A stretch of DNA of 64,000 nucleotides, taken from the NCBI GenBank assembly GCA_964270895.1, contig OZ185443.1; one strand, written 5' to 3'. The DNA is from Podarcis filfolensis. Taxonomy: Eukaryota. A program made the translations under genes and the position numbers. This document shows positions 35,811 through 50,100 of the stretch, piece after piece. The notes beneath the pieces are model-generated. The model worked only from the letters and a program-made list of their open reading frames with translations, was not told the origin of the DNA and made no database searches. The number at the start of each line of letters is the position of its first letter. The first letter of the stretch is position 1.

Positions 35811-35974
35811 CACTCCAATACTAACGAGGAAGGAGTGTGCAGCTACCCACCCAAAAAAGCAAAATAACAAAGCAAAAGGGATCACCAAATGACTTGGGGA
35901 GGAAGGGAGATTTCTTTATATTTAATCCCTTTAGGTATTATGGGGCTGCTTGAGAGAGTGCTCTCCTTCTAAAG

Positions 35975-36097
35975 CAGGGATGGAGAATCTATGACTCTCC
36001 AGATGTTGCTGGACTCCAGTTCCCATCAGTTCCAGGGCAGGGATGATGAGAGTTGGAGTTTAAGAATACATTGAAAGCCATAGGTTTCCCATTCCTG
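35975..36097. mobile_element. URR1-like hAT MITE, decayed
   Basis: TIRs CAGGGATGGAGAATCTATG / CATAGGTTTCCCATTCCTG, with internal CTCCAGATGTTGCTGGACTCCAGTTCCCATCA. TSD not preserved. Related fragment at about 46225-46320. Confidence 0.7.
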
Positions 36098-36582
36098 AGC
36101 TATATAAATTTAAAAAATAAAATAAAATGAAGCTTGTTTTTAAAGGCACATATACTCACTATTGCAACAGATGTGCTTGTTTGTAATAGACACAAAGCAC
36201 TTAGTATCACAATAAAGCAGAAAGGATAACATTTTCTCAGCAACCAAGTAGTTTGAGTGAATGCCTAGAAAATATAAATCCTCTGCAACACAAATATTTT
36301 CTTAAACTAAGCACTAGAAAATATCTGCTCGTATTGTCAACCTCCCACAGTAGCCAAAGCCAGGTTGAATCAACACCATATAATGAAGACTGCACTGTTA
36401 GCCCTGAAAGTAATTTATTATCTCCTACTGTGTCCTCAAAATATGAACGGCATCAACATGATCCCTCACTATGGCTGGTCACAAATGTGAGTGGTGTGTG
36501 CAGAACTTATTCCACTTCAAATGTTTAATAAGCATCAACTAATTGCATTAAGTGGAATTGGTTGCCATAGATATCTCATTAC

Positions 36583-36641
36583 CTGATGCATTTGCATGGT
36601 CAGTGATTAGCTTTTCAAAGTCTTCTCTTTCCTCAGAATTC
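36583..36641 (-). CDS. GUCY1A1: GUCY1A1 coding exon 3 (59 nt)
   Basis: tttatag|GAATTCTGAG...GCATCAG|gtaatg; (R)NSEEREDFEKLITDHANAS(G), matching human [20 protein letters not shown]. Phases fit both neighbouring exons. Confidence 0.93.
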
Positions 36642-37610
36642 CTATAAATGATGCAAAACAGAATTTTAAAAACTACCTAATCCACAGTAAAAATTAATTT
36701 TCAGGTAATAAAACCTGAAAAAAATAAAACAACAGATAAGCAACCCAATTCACAACGTTAATTTGAGAAAACTTTAGATTCCCATTTACTCAAAAATTAA
36801 GTTACTCTTTCTTATCTGCTAACTAAGCAATTTTGCAGAAAAACAATTAAGCAAGCCAATGCTTTTGTGTCTCTTCCTCATACAACCTATTCTGTTCCTA
36901 CACAACCACTAGCAAAAGAACTAGCACCTTTCTGTATCTTCACCACCGCCGCCAAGTAACTGGAAGCAAATCCTACACTTGAATATCAGTAGGAGTCACA
37001 GCTATGTTAGCTTAAAATCATAGTGCCACAGTGTTCAAGTTCTACAAACTCAAGTTATTAAGAAAGGAATTTTAGCTTCCAGGAGTGGCAGGATCAGAGA
37101 CTAGGCAAGACTGCTATGAAATTTTGCCTCCTAGTCCAATCCCTGCTTTGACTTGAATTTTCATTATAAAGATTCATGACTCCTATGCAACCCACCTCCC
37201 TTTCTTAGGGGAAATATATAGCTGAATATATTTTTAAATAAAAGTAAAAGTCAGCTACTTTTTAAAGCTATTAGTTCTCATGCCTAAGGACAACTTTGCA
37301 ACTCCCATTTGTAGGAACAGGCAAACACAAAATGTCTTCGCAATAGAGAGAGGAAAACTCTAAAGGGAATACTGCTCAAAATTCAGTCTTGGTACAATGA
37401 CATAATGATAAAAGTTTCCAGTGTCTTAATGCTGAATTATTGTTTGATACCTTAATACTTAAGACTGTGTTTGGCATTTATGGTACCTGATTTCACTAAC
37501 ATAGGGGTTTGTTATATAATCTGTGCAGTCGTTACCGTAAATGGGATCCAACTTCCTATTTGGTTTTTGCACTTGTTATTGGTTGCAAAATGTTAACTTA
37601 TTTAACTTAC

Positions 37611-37672
37611 CTGATTTCTTTTATTTTATTATTTGCTAGCGTCCTCTGAAATGCAAGATATAACCTTTCATA
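37611..37672 (-). CDS. GUCY1A1: GUCY1A1 coding exon 2 (62 nt)
   Basis: tttcag|TATGAAAGG...GAAATCAG|gtaagt; YERLYLAFQRTLANNKIKEI(R), matching human [21 protein letters not shown]. Not in the ORF track; found by reading the sequence. Confidence 0.93.
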
Positions 37673-40225
37673 CTGAAAGGAGAAAAGTCATATTAATTCA
37701 AATGTCAAGTTTAAGCATATATTTCATATATTTCATATATTAGAATTTCATATTAGAATGAGCTGCAAACCTTATACTAAAGGTAGAATGCAATTCTATC
37801 CAAAATTAGAACACACCTATTTGTAGATCATTGGAGTCCCCAACTTGTCCTGTCTACATTATGGTGTAGTGTAATGTGACTGATGTTTTCAGATGACCAG
37901 CATTCTGTGTCAAAGCACCTGCCCCTCGACTAGATATGGATCAGGGAGATCACATTGTAAGTTCCCATACTAACACAACAAGCAACTGTGGGCCCATATC
38001 ACTGTTATGGAAATTTACTACCCAGCCCATTCCATTGATAAGATGCCCAGCTACAGATGTTGCTCTCCAAATACTGCATCCATATTCACATGCCACTGTG
38101 GACAAATGAAGATGCAGTGTGCTCATATCCATTGGATACACTTCATTACTCCTCGGCCCTTCCAACTCAGTGATTAATCATGGAGTGCTCTGATGAGCAC
38201 ACATAGTTTCCCATTTGTATGTGCCTGTCCATTTATTTCAATGAAGGAAGGTGATCTGTGTCTGTATTGACTCAGTTCATTGAAATGAAGGATAGATGTC
38301 ACATATGAAAATGGAATACATGGAAGCTTTCAGGACTGAAGTATTTCTTTGACAGAAAGATAATGCTGCAATTCCCTTCAGTTAACACATAATGAAGTTT
38401 GGTCAACTGTATCTCAGGACTTATATATGTATCAGAATGCCCAAATTATACAATAATAGAGTTGGAGGGGACTGTGTAAGTCGCCTAGTCCAATGCCCTA
38501 CTCAGTGCAGGAAATCCCCAATAGAAGATTGAACTATTTATCTATTTAGACTCCTAATATGAGAGTCAGTATATATGAGCATATTGTGAAAATGACAGGA
38601 TTTCCAAGCTTGGGCACATAATGTTTTATTGTCTTTCATTAACCTTGTTGTGTGACACACAGAACATTGTAGACAGCAGTTTTATGGGAGGAAGAATGGA
38701 AGTATGTCCATGCTGCCTCAAGAAAAAACTACACTGGTAATGAAGGCTGTGTTCTACATTTGAAATAAAAAGAACAACTGAACGAATGTTATACCTTATT
38801 AAAACAAGATGTAATTAATATTTATATCTAAACAGAAACAATATGTGCAGCGCTTTCCAACTCCTTATTTGAGTCTGGACTTACAATCTTCTTAAAAAAC
38901 AAACCAACCAACGAATTAAGAAACAAACAAAGCCCCACATGAATTTGCTAGTATCTTGAATCTCATCAAATGCTATTTTGGGCCACACTATACACTCCCC
39001 ATGATATTTGCACACAACCTTTCACTGACGTCAATGGAAGCAGCATGTGTTGATCCAAGGCACGATAGTCACCTTCTCAGTTTTTTGAGTTTTCCATGTG
39101 GAAACTGCGTACATCCAGTGACGAGAGATAGTAACTTTTAAACAAATCTAAGACCATCTAAGGCAGGGGAAAGAAAGCTGGTCACAATCTACTGGGAGAT
39201 CTCTGGATGCTTTGCAGTAGATCAACAAGGGTTTCTACCTCAGTTATTTAATGACAGCAACAACTAAATGACTCCCTCTCTCTAATTTAGGATGCTGAAA
39301 TAAACAAAGCTTGCTGGTAAATCCAGCAAGCCTGAAATCTCCCCGCCCCAGTTTTTATAGATAGGCGTATTCCCCCCCCCCCCACACACACATATAATGC
39401 AGTCAATGCCCGTGCAACAATCTGCACCTTTGAAAGCAATGTTGGGACATTTTCGCAGTCAGCGTACCAGTTCAATGAACTGCAAACCAAGTCTAGAGGC
39501 AACAATGAAGGTTCTATGGTTATATCTAAATCCTATCATTTCAGAATATACATTAACATTATGTTACATTAAATATAACAAAATGAGATGTCTCTTTTAG
39601 TATATATTTTACAGCACAATCCTATATATGTCTATTAGAAATAAGTCTTACTGAGTTTACACTCAGGTAAATGAGCTTAAGCTTAAGTACCCTTAAATTA
39701 AAAGACAGCAGCATGAATATTATACGTTACTCCTGGTAGGCAGTATACTTTGCATGTGGAAGACAACTTGCCCAATTGCTTTTTAAAGAACCGCATACAG
39801 TGGTGCAATGAAAAATATCTATGCTTCAGTGAATCCAAAAAAAATGATGATATTTGGAATAGACTGCATTGAAACAGATGAACCATTAGTCTGACTCAAT
39901 GTTGGGAGGCTACTTATCTCACTAAGGAATGCTTTTAGACATTGCTGCATTGCCCACTAAAATTGCTTCTTGTCACACTCTCCCATGGATTTATAGACTG
40001 TTTTTGAGTTACGGGTGCCTTTCCTACAACTACAATGGGGAGAAGACTAAAAAAACAGACATTCCGTAAAAAGCAGGAGCCGAGATGTGTAATAAACAGC
40101 ATGTAAAGATTTGGCATCCAATTAGCAAAATTGCCCTTTCCCTTAATAGTATATTGGATTTCTGGTCTGAAGGTTCGTGGTTATAATCCATAAGTTTTCA
40201 TTTCCCCCTTTCCAGTTTCCACAGC

Positions 40226-40239
40226 TATTATTGTTATTA

Positions 40240-40283
<44 letters not shown>
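40226..40283 (+). repeat. (TAT)n microsatellite
   Basis: Read directly; about 19 units with two TGT variants. Confidence 0.95.
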
Positions 40284-41291
40284 GACCAGCAATCCTCTAT
40301 CAACACTATGTCATCATTCCTTCTACAGTGCTCAGTAGATGAGATGACAGACACCACCCCCTTTGTGCTCAGTGCAAGTCACACTTATCTGCACATCAAT
40401 TTTTCAATATTGTACCAATTTATATGTAGGTTGCTCCAACTGTTTTCCATTATTAGGTGGTTTCCAGTAGTTCTTTTCCATGCACCTTTTCCAGCTCTAC
40501 AATATCTTTTGTTTTTTGAGATGTGGTCTAAAACATAACTTGGTGGTTGGCTGTGATAACGGGATTGCAATCCTGGGTTTTTCATTGGTTACCACAGCTG
40601 CTTCCCCATGGCTTCCCCGTGGCTTCCTATTTTGTCATCAAAACATTAGGAAGCCAAGTGCAGCAGGCCAGTTGCAAAGATCCTTCATCTTACCTCTTCC
40701 TTACAGGATATGTTTGGTTGGGAAAGACCTATGTGATTGCGCCCACTCACATGGTTCCGAACTTTCACATGTTAGTATGCCAGAATGGCAATGAGTTCCA
40801 GAAAGCATCTCTCTCATCAATGCTGCAACAAATTCACTGCTATAATAAATTAAGGTGCCCTGACATGGAATAAATCTGAGTAAACCTGCTCCAACTAGAT
40901 GTTGCCATGGTTCATCTGGCACAAAGTATTATCCACCCTTACTTCACATAGGTTGCTAACCTCTTTAAATTTTGCTAAGTAACTGCTAAATCAATGTGTG
41001 AGTAAACATTTCGTATTTGAGTTGCTTTTAATCATCCTTCTTTTCCTTTCCCTAAACACAGAAGATGTAGTGAAATAAGATTAAATAAATGCAAAAGGTT
41101 TCAAACTACAGGATTAGGCATAATTAGAACTGAAAACAGAACCCAACGTCAAGAACAGAGTTTGAAAAGGAGCATTCATCAAGTGAAAATTGTCTTGCTT
41201 TTAAAATTATTGCTTAAAAGGCATTCCTCTAAAACCTCCCTTAGAATGGTCTTGTAGACTACTTTCATCAAAGCATCATAATAATTTATAC

Positions 41292-41534
41292 CTCAGGAGA
41301 GATGAGTTTGCAGATGCTCTCAGCTAAAGTGTGCAGATACACTCGGCTCCTGCTGGTTTTCCTTTGTGGAAGGTTCCCGTGCGTAGTCTTTTCTCTGCAA
41401 ATTGGCAAAGCCTTGGAACTATTTGGCACTTCTGCACATTCATCCTCATTTTCATCTGAAATCCCACTTTGGGTCAATAATGAAAAAGGGCACTCGCCAG
41501 TGATCTTCAGGTCTTTCAGTTTGGTACAGAACAT
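41292..41534 (-). CDS. GUCY1A1: Soluble guanylate cyclase alpha-1, coding exon 1 (81 aa). The exon extends to 41646, giving 112 nt of 5'UTR.
   Basis: Translates [20 protein letters not shown]...[26 protein letters not shown], the vertebrate alpha-1 N-terminus. Acceptor ttctgttgtag|GG at 41646; donor GAG|gtataa at 41292. Confidence 0.97.
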
Positions 41535-44500
41535 ACTGCACAAGTCTCTGTTCACCAAAGTTGTGAATTTCTCTAGTTTGGGCTGAACATGTCTGTTCTA
41601 TTAACCGACAGCAGAAGATGGCAGGAACAACTGTAGCTTTATATCCCTACAACAGAAGATGAAACAGAAAAGAGAAGCACTGCATTTGTACATTTGTTGA
41701 ATTTGGTTCAACTTCAGAAACATAAGCTTCCTTAATTCAGCAGGCTCTGGCTTTGCAACACACAAGCATGACTTCACAGTTGACCTAATGTTCAATTACT
41801 TCATACAACACAGAGCCAAATGGTAGATGTAATGTGTGAACTAGCCGCAAGAATACACCCAGTCCAGTACTTTGAAAGGTTAGGACAATTGCACAAAGAA
41901 TTAAAAATCCACAAACCCACCTTCAACACCATATACTTCAAAATGGCATTTATGTCAAAAGGTAGAGGGGTTGCCATTTACTCTGATTCTATTTTTAAGA
42001 ATGGGTTTTCATGGGGAAAACAACTCTGGAGCAAAAAAAGGAGGGTCACTTGGACATGGAGCTTTAAAGTGCAGCCACGCCTGGAAAGAGCAGAGGAAAG
42101 GCACATGTGGATAAGCCCCAAAGGAAAACTACATTCACTCGTGTATCTTTCAAGGATTCAGTTCAGTATCACTTGTCTTTTCAGTACAAAAAAAGGAAGG
42201 GAAGGTTAGATATAAGAAATATGGGCTTCCAGTATACCACTGAGAATTAGGTCCTCTTATTCTCCTCTGGTGGATGCATATTATTCCAAAAGAAATTCAC
42301 CTGGAGTCAGCTGGATAAATTATAGCTTCTCCAAATTAATTGGCACAATCCTAGCAGACCTTCACTGACCATAAAGACACTTCCAGACTTTGTGTTCTTT
42401 TGTGAGTGAGTGACAGTGTGCCTGGCATGCCCAATGGGGACAGTACCAACCTCTGCAATGATCGCTGCTGGGGGGGGGGGCGAATTAACTAGCAGCATCA
42501 ACTAGCACAGCCATTATGGTGCAATTACAGGGAGTAATGGCACTAAGGGCTCAGCTACACAGCTGCAAATAAAATGTTTTAAATGTGTTGCAAAGTGCAA
42601 TATACAAATGTATATTGGATGGCAAGAGTGAGCTATGAAAATTTAATGTATTTTTCAAAACATTTTTTTTAAAAGCACTTTCGCGGTGTTTTTTTTTATA
42701 TATGTGTAGATTCCACCTCTGTAACTAAAATAAGATAATATGAGTAAAGATTGGTATCTTATTTGTTGCTGCAGGCTGAAGAGCAATATTTGTCTAGTCC
42801 TATGTACCTTATGTACAGAAAATTTGGAACGTCTCCAGATCAACAACAAAAATAACCTCCTCTATTTATGAATATAACTACTTCAATACCCTGTAAGGTA
42901 ATGTACAAAGCCTAACTCCCTACTTTTCTTTCACATGTTTTGGCAGTAGGTTATATTCTGAAAATAATGTGTAAAACAGATGCTAAGTACTAGCAACTAC
43001 GAGCTTGGATTCTTCCATTGCTATCACTTTGCAATCATCTGGATGCATCAAAGTTTGGCTAGAACATGATAACATTTCTCATGATCTAAATGTTAATGTG
43101 GTAGAATCATATAATTGTAGAATTGCAAGGGACCACAAGGGTCATCTAGTCCAACCCACTGCAAGGCACGGACATATTTGAAAAATTATAAAGGACATTA
43201 TACATAGGACTGTATCCAGTGCAACAGTAAGTTAAAGCCACGTAGTGCTGGCAGAACATGGTGGTGCAAGAGAAAACACAAGTGCATGACCTAAGATGGT
43301 TCAACAAAAATCTGCTGTTGAGTAAGAAGCTTCTGCTAGTGCAATTCCTAGGTGGAATATTTTGTTGTGAAACTTTGCCCATCCATTAGCACAAGAACTC
43401 TTGCACTAGCCACTGGAGAATGATAGATATGACCCATACTACTTTGCTATGTATTAGTCAAACCATCACTGCAAGTGTGATCCACTCAGTTTTACTCATT
43501 CCCAACCTACGCAAGAGATTTTAGATTGATTTGTGCAAGGCGCAGCAAAACACATTATCACTGATATGTGTAGATTGTCTTCTGTCGTCTTTAAAGTGTG
43601 CTTTGTCATAGAGGCAGACATATACAGTACAGCACTGCATATACAAATAGTTTATTTTTGCAAAAGAAGCCAGTGTAGTTGTTTGGTTATATCATCATTA
43701 TGTCTCCCAACCAATCTGATTACAGTATTAACAAAGCAAAAGTACAGCCAGCCAGGTTGGCGAAAGATCTATTCATACTGAGAATATACATAAGCAAACA
43801 GAATCGCACACAACACTCAAAAAGCACAAACTGACAAGTACTTAGATTATATAAACAAGCTGGCTTAACTTTACATGCCAGAAGAGAATATGGAGTGTGT
43901 ACTCCATATGAGCTTGATATTATGTGCAAGATCCATTTGAGAGGGTGGGATAGAGTATAAGAGGCTATGCATGATTTAAATAAAGATCAAAACTCAACAA
44001 ACTGAAGCACATTGTGTGTCCAAGATAAACACATTTATTTATTCTTTACTGAACTGGTTTCCACTCCACCCCCCTCATTTTTGCACCCAGTGTTATAAGA
44101 GAAATAAACAATAATGGACTCAGATAAACAGGACAGTGATAGAACCATAGAAATGTAGAAGAATTTGGTCTATTTCCTCTATCAAGATGATGCTCTGAAC
44201 TCAACACTCCAGAAGAGATTCACTCAACTTATCTAGGTTTCAGCCTGCCACAAGGAAAGAGCAAGAACAAGTAAGGGCAAAAGAAGCCATATTTGTCACA
44301 TAGCTACTTTCTTTAGCCTTAACTCCACCTCAATCAAACTGAATCTCTGTTGAGTACCAAGCTACCTTGCTTGCTGCTTGGAGAAAACAAGCATCTTCTC
44401 ACCAAACCCAACTTGCATTGTCTATGTATCACAGATCAAAACTTACTCATTGTCTGACAAAAGGAGGTTGGCTGGTACACTGGGGTTATTATTATTTCAA

Positions 44501-46569
44501 ATGAGTTCTCAAAGGGTTACTTTTCGTTGCCAAGTAACTGGGAAATATTCCTGGAACAAGGAGGCAGAATCAAACTATTTTGATCTATCTGGGCAACAAG
44601 TATTACAAAAATAGTTCTGAAGCCATTAGCTTTATTATTAAGATGTGTAAAAGAAAGATTTATTTGGCCTTCTTTGAAAACCATGGCTGAAGTCATTACA
44701 GCCCAAAGCAAATAATTTCAGCTGGGTATGCATTGCATGCTAGGTAAACTGAGTATAAGTAAAACACAGCAGTTCACGGGGAAAACTGCAATGTTTACAT
44801 CTATTGCTATGTTCTATGCAGTGTTCTTTTTATTTGAGTTATGAAAATCAAGCTCTTGTAAAGTGTCAGCAAAACCTAGTCAAGAAAGGCAGCATATAGA
44901 AATGGCAGGAGATTTCAGAAGGTATGAAAAAATAATTGCCATTCTTCTACGTGTAAATATCTACACAAACAAGTATTCTGCACAGATAGAAATGTGGTCA
45001 TACATGTAGGATTATAATAAACTAAGTTATATTCAGAATGGACTTAAATAGCAAGTCAATGGATTTCAAGGGATGAACACTACCCATAAAACAGGCATCA
45101 GACCTTAAATGCCAGGGATATTGGAGGGTTCAAGCCTTCCTTACTTCTCAGTAGGCACAAAATAAAGAAATGTTAACTTAATAGCTGCTTAAATAGCTGT
45201 TCTTTTATTAGTAAGGCAGTAGAGTTCTTAAAATGCTATACAGTTGCATCGGAAAACACCCAAAGAAAGAAAGTATTCACAGGCAAAACATGGTACAGTG
45301 TAACAAAGGAAGCAAAATTACTGAACCATTTGGAGGATAGTGAAGTATGGTGTTGGTAACTTAAAAACAATTAAGGGCTGCTTCCAAGTTAATATTTTGC
45401 AAGCCTGCAGGGGCAGGGGAGCTAAACTGAAACAAGAGTATAAAAACAAACAAAAAAAGAGTATCAAAGCTCTACATACATAGTTATCTCTTGTGCATGC
45501 ATAACATCTGTTTGTATCACTGCCTGTTCATAAATCAGACCATTATGTTTACTCCATATAAAGCAACTAAATATAGAAACAATGTCCTCATCGAAGGCTC
45601 AGTGCGATGGTGAGACTGCCCAATAGGTCCATCCTTTCTCCCATGCTAATGTTACTACCACATGGTGTGGTAGAAACTTTCTAAAAAACAGACAGGAACA
45701 GAATATGAACAGATATCACACGTAAAACATGAAATTAAGGAGCTCTTTAGAATTCATTTTGATTCTGACACCACAATGCATGCAATAATTTTTTTAATGG
45801 AAGAATATCTTAAGACTATATTTCAATGTTTATCAAATTCAAGTCTAATCTGTAATACTAAAATTCACACACAAAGCCTCTCCCATACCTTATTGATCTT
45901 TTGTACTTACTTCTTATTTTTATAATATAGATTAGTCATGTTCTGGAGGCACTTATTTAATTATGTATTAGGCAGAAAGTTAATTTCCAGAAATCTGGAG
46001 TCTGGGCTAACATTATTATAAATGTCTGAAGACTGCTGTGTGGAGACAAGTCTTAAGGAATCATGACAGGAACATAAACTTTACGTATATCTAGTTTTTC
46101 ATTTAAAACTGCAAATGCACCTGTTAGCAAGAGGACCTCTGGTGAGGCAGGACGAATGAGGGAAGGGGGGCTTTATAAATGGGTGTTGGAGATGGGAGAT
46201 ACAGGTACCTGTGCCCGCTCCCCTTGCTGCTGAACCACAACTCCCATCATCCCTGGCCATTGGCCCTACTGGCTGTGGCTGATGGGAGCTGGAGTCGAAG
46301 AGCAACAGGAGCTCCCCATCTATGGTGTAAAGTGTAAAATATCACTTCCTATGTCACATTGGCTATTTGAAGCAAAGATCCTCTGCCCCAGCAGTACCCA
46401 CCCAGACACCCTTCTCCTAAAAGGCTGGTACAGGTTTCATATACCAACCAATGGGGAGATGCATCCCACTAATTTAACTGCATCAGATGCCTGCTTTTGC
46501 TCATCTCTCCTGCTTATGCAGACTTCAGTCTTTCACATCAAAATCTGGGTGGAACAAACCAGATAATTG

Positions 46570-47107
46570 TTATTGCTGTGAGTTTGGGAGGTTGGGGGTT
46601 AGTCTGTACGATGCCAGAGTCCCTTCTAATTTGGGGCATCCTGGATCCAGCAAGGGCTAAAATCTAATGGGAGGATTCAATTGTTGGAAGTAGCCAGACC
46701 AGCTTCTTGATGTGTTAATGGGCTTAAGCATGGTAGTTAGTATAATAATGGAAATGGCTTTGTGCCAATGGGTGGGCCCCCTCCTCCCTCACCTGGTTGA
46801 TAGTGAGAAGCACAATAGGTAGTGTGTGAGGAAGCTGGGCTAGAAGCAGGCAGAAGCTAGAGCGTGAGGGCAATGCTTGATTTGTGCATGCCTCCAAAGT
46901 TGTGGCTATGGGAGAAGCTAGACCTTCTGGGGGTTTTAACGCTGTAATCCCCTCCATTTTAGGCTCAGGTTGTATATATGTAGAAATAAACCATATACTG
47001 AAAGGACACCACAGTATATCTGCTCTGCCTCATTCCAAGGAAACTGAACCCTGGGTAAACTCCTGGAACCCCCTGAAATCTCTCACCACTCAGAGATTGG
47101 GGTGGCA
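46570..47107 (+). mobile_element. Probable solo LTR (Gypsy/ERV-like), antisense to GUCY1A1
   Basis: About 535 bp with TG...CA-like ends, AATAAA at 46985-46990, and a 3' half resembling remembered lacertid LTRs. TSD not confirmed. Confidence 0.45.
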
Positions 47108-50100
47108 TATTATCATTCTTGAAATGCCTAGTAAATCTAGCTTTTGGTATGCATTACTTCTGGGGATTTGGATTATTTCCTAGGCAGGAACACAATTTGA
47201 GATGCACTGGGGTGGGGAGAGGAGATGAATGATACACCACACATGTCTAAGCCTTGATGTTTTCTTTTCAACTAGAGCCAAAACATGGTGAATTCTTTTT
47301 AAAGAACTTATTTTCTATTATTATTATTTTTTCTGAAATAAAAGAACCCAATTTTCTTGGAGCGTTCAGCGACTTTGGAGAAGTCAATGTGTTATGGAAA
47401 AACAGTATCACTATAACATGTTTTGATAATTCACACACCCATCCCACACCCCACACTGGGCACAGATTCTTTAAACTTTGTTTGCAGCAGAGAATTAAAT
47501 CCTACATAGCAAGTGATGCATCAAGCTGACAACAGGAGCAGATTCCAAAGCGACAAGACACTGTCACTAAAGTAGCAAAGCTGGAGCTAAGATATGAGAG
47601 CTGTTATTATTTGACTTAGAATGTCAAATGTTTCCCACCGCCTATCCAGTTACTGCTGAAATGAAATTATGGAAATACATTATAAATACACACATTTTGC
47701 CTCACACATTTTTCTTTTAATATGTGAACAACAGTCAGCTAGAGAACATAGAATGGAGCAAGCAACAGAACGATTCTATAGGAACCTGCACACACCACTT
47801 AAAGGTTTGTCCCATTTTAGCAGCTGAAACTTGCAATGTAATGAAGTCAGTATTGTACATAATACTTCTGGCCTATTAGCAAATATGTTATTCATAGACT
47901 GAATTTACTATCCAAAGTATGGCTTATTGGTTACAGCAGAATGTGGAGTTTATTGAAAGAAAACGAGTCCAAATAACACGTGACTGCAGGAGATCTTTGA
48001 TTAAACCTCCCAATATTTTCGTTTTCAGTTCAAGGCAGCCACAGGCAGCTCTAAATTAGTTCAGAGCTGTGGCACAAAGGAAGGAGTCAGCACCAAAACT
48101 GCTGGACTGCCCCTCCCACAGGGCCATTGATCCAACTCAAATCAAAGCACCCCATGGCTATTTTTAATTAAAAACTAAACGTGAGAACCAGTCACAAATC
48201 TCCCACATCCCATGTAGTTTAGCTTCTGTGTCATTAGGAATAAAGTACCTTAAGATTATGCTTGTGAATGCATTGGTCTCAAAATAACTGAGTTTGAAGT
48301 TTAGAATGGTCCCTGGGAACGAGTGAATTAATATTCATTAACTGCCATGCTTGCTCTGTGACATTAATATTCATATTCATTTGTAATCCATAACAAGTTA
48401 TACAATGTATTTTAGCCCCCTTCATTGTTCAACAGCTAGGATGTTGACTTGTATCAACCACAATGGGCAAAAACAATAGGGTGTCCATATGCTCTCCTTT
48501 GCAGAGGACAGTCCTTTGTTTGAAGGAATCCTCTAGTTGGTGAGCTGTCTGGTTTTAAAGATAAAGACCCATAAGAAGGGAGAGCAGGGACCTTGAAGTT
48601 GCCCATCAAAAGCAGCTCCTGGACAGCAGATTGAGCAAGCACACAGATCACCTGTCCAGTCTTTCTCAATATATTGTACGTCTATTAAAATTTTAGTAAT
48701 CAATTCTACATTTGTATCTGTACATATGAATTAGTGGAAGCAAATTTTACACAAATCAGCGTCCTCTTTTGTGGAGATGTGTTAAGTGACCACCCTAATA
48801 AGCAAACTGTTGTTGCAGGTTGCCAATTAGTTTCCGGGCTATATTCCAGCTGACTGTACTTACATGTCCTAGGGCAGAGGTACCAGAAAAACTCCCCTTC
48901 TCTTTTGTTTTTTGTCCACGTTGTTATGAAATTTTTATATCCCACCTGCCACCTTAACCAGGGCTCTGTTTCAAAATTCGACAGCACAGGTGAAACCATT
49001 TTAAAGATCTTGCTACTTGTCACTATCAATTTTGCAACCCCAAATACCTCCCTCAGTTGAGTTTAAAAGGCTGACAATGACCTGTTTGTATTATCTGGAT
49101 ATTTTATACAATTACTGTTGCATTCCTATGCACAATTTCCTGAGAGTAAGGACCACAGAATTCAGCAATATTTACTTCTGAGGAGACATGTATATGATTG
49201 TAGTGTTCAGTGTGTAAAACTATAATGAGGCTTTGATTCTTCTTGATACTGTTTTCCTTTTATAAACCATCAAAGGGCAGCATACAGATTTTAGAAATGA
49301 ATGAAATTAATTGCATTAGTGTGTTTATAGTTACACTGCATTGCTTTTCAAGCACTAAATATACAACTGAGCACAATTCACATCTCAGTGTAGATAAAAG
49401 GTGAAGTATTTTGATTTACAATTATTTGCTCTTACTCATTTCAACAGAAAAAAATCATTTTCTTAGACCCAAAGAATCTGCTCAAGTTCCTTGCAAATTA
49501 TTGTTTACAAGCAGAGCCTAACAATCCAATATTGGAAGCTTCTGCACTAGAACTAATAGGAAGAAGAACAAGGATCCTAAAACTTGTGCAATTTCACAAT
49601 CTACACTTTGAAGGGAATTGAACACAAACTTCAGTTTAGCACAGTACAGCTGCCAGCAGCCACCATCATTGTCGCAGTCTCCCATTCCAACGTAGAAGAA
49701 CCTCGTTGTAGGCACCCTGGGCTGTGGTTCAGTAAAGCACATGCCTTGCATGCACAAAAGTCATGTTCAGTTCCTAGCATCTCCAGTTAAAAAGGATCTT
49801 GGGTAGCAGAGATGAGAAAGACCTTTCTCAGACACCCTAGAGCACCACTACTAATCAGTGGAGAGGATAATGGGCTAGATGGATCAATAGTATAAAAAAG
49901 CAGCTTTTTACAAGCCATTTTGTCTCACTAGAGCTGCCGGTGTCATACAGGCTGTGCCAGACACAGAATACAGTTTTAGCTTTTATGGAGAAGGTCAGTG
50001 TTTGTTCCATAACAGGAAAGCAGATTTGCAGGATCAAAATAAATCCTCTCCAATCTAAACAACTGTTACATCCCTTTAAAAAAGATAACCATGCAGAACA

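Noticed and set aside
38190-38225. CTGATGAG followed by a GCACA/TGTGC stem, resembling a hammerhead or C/D box
   Set aside because: No GAAA after the stem and no paired box D with a terminal stem.
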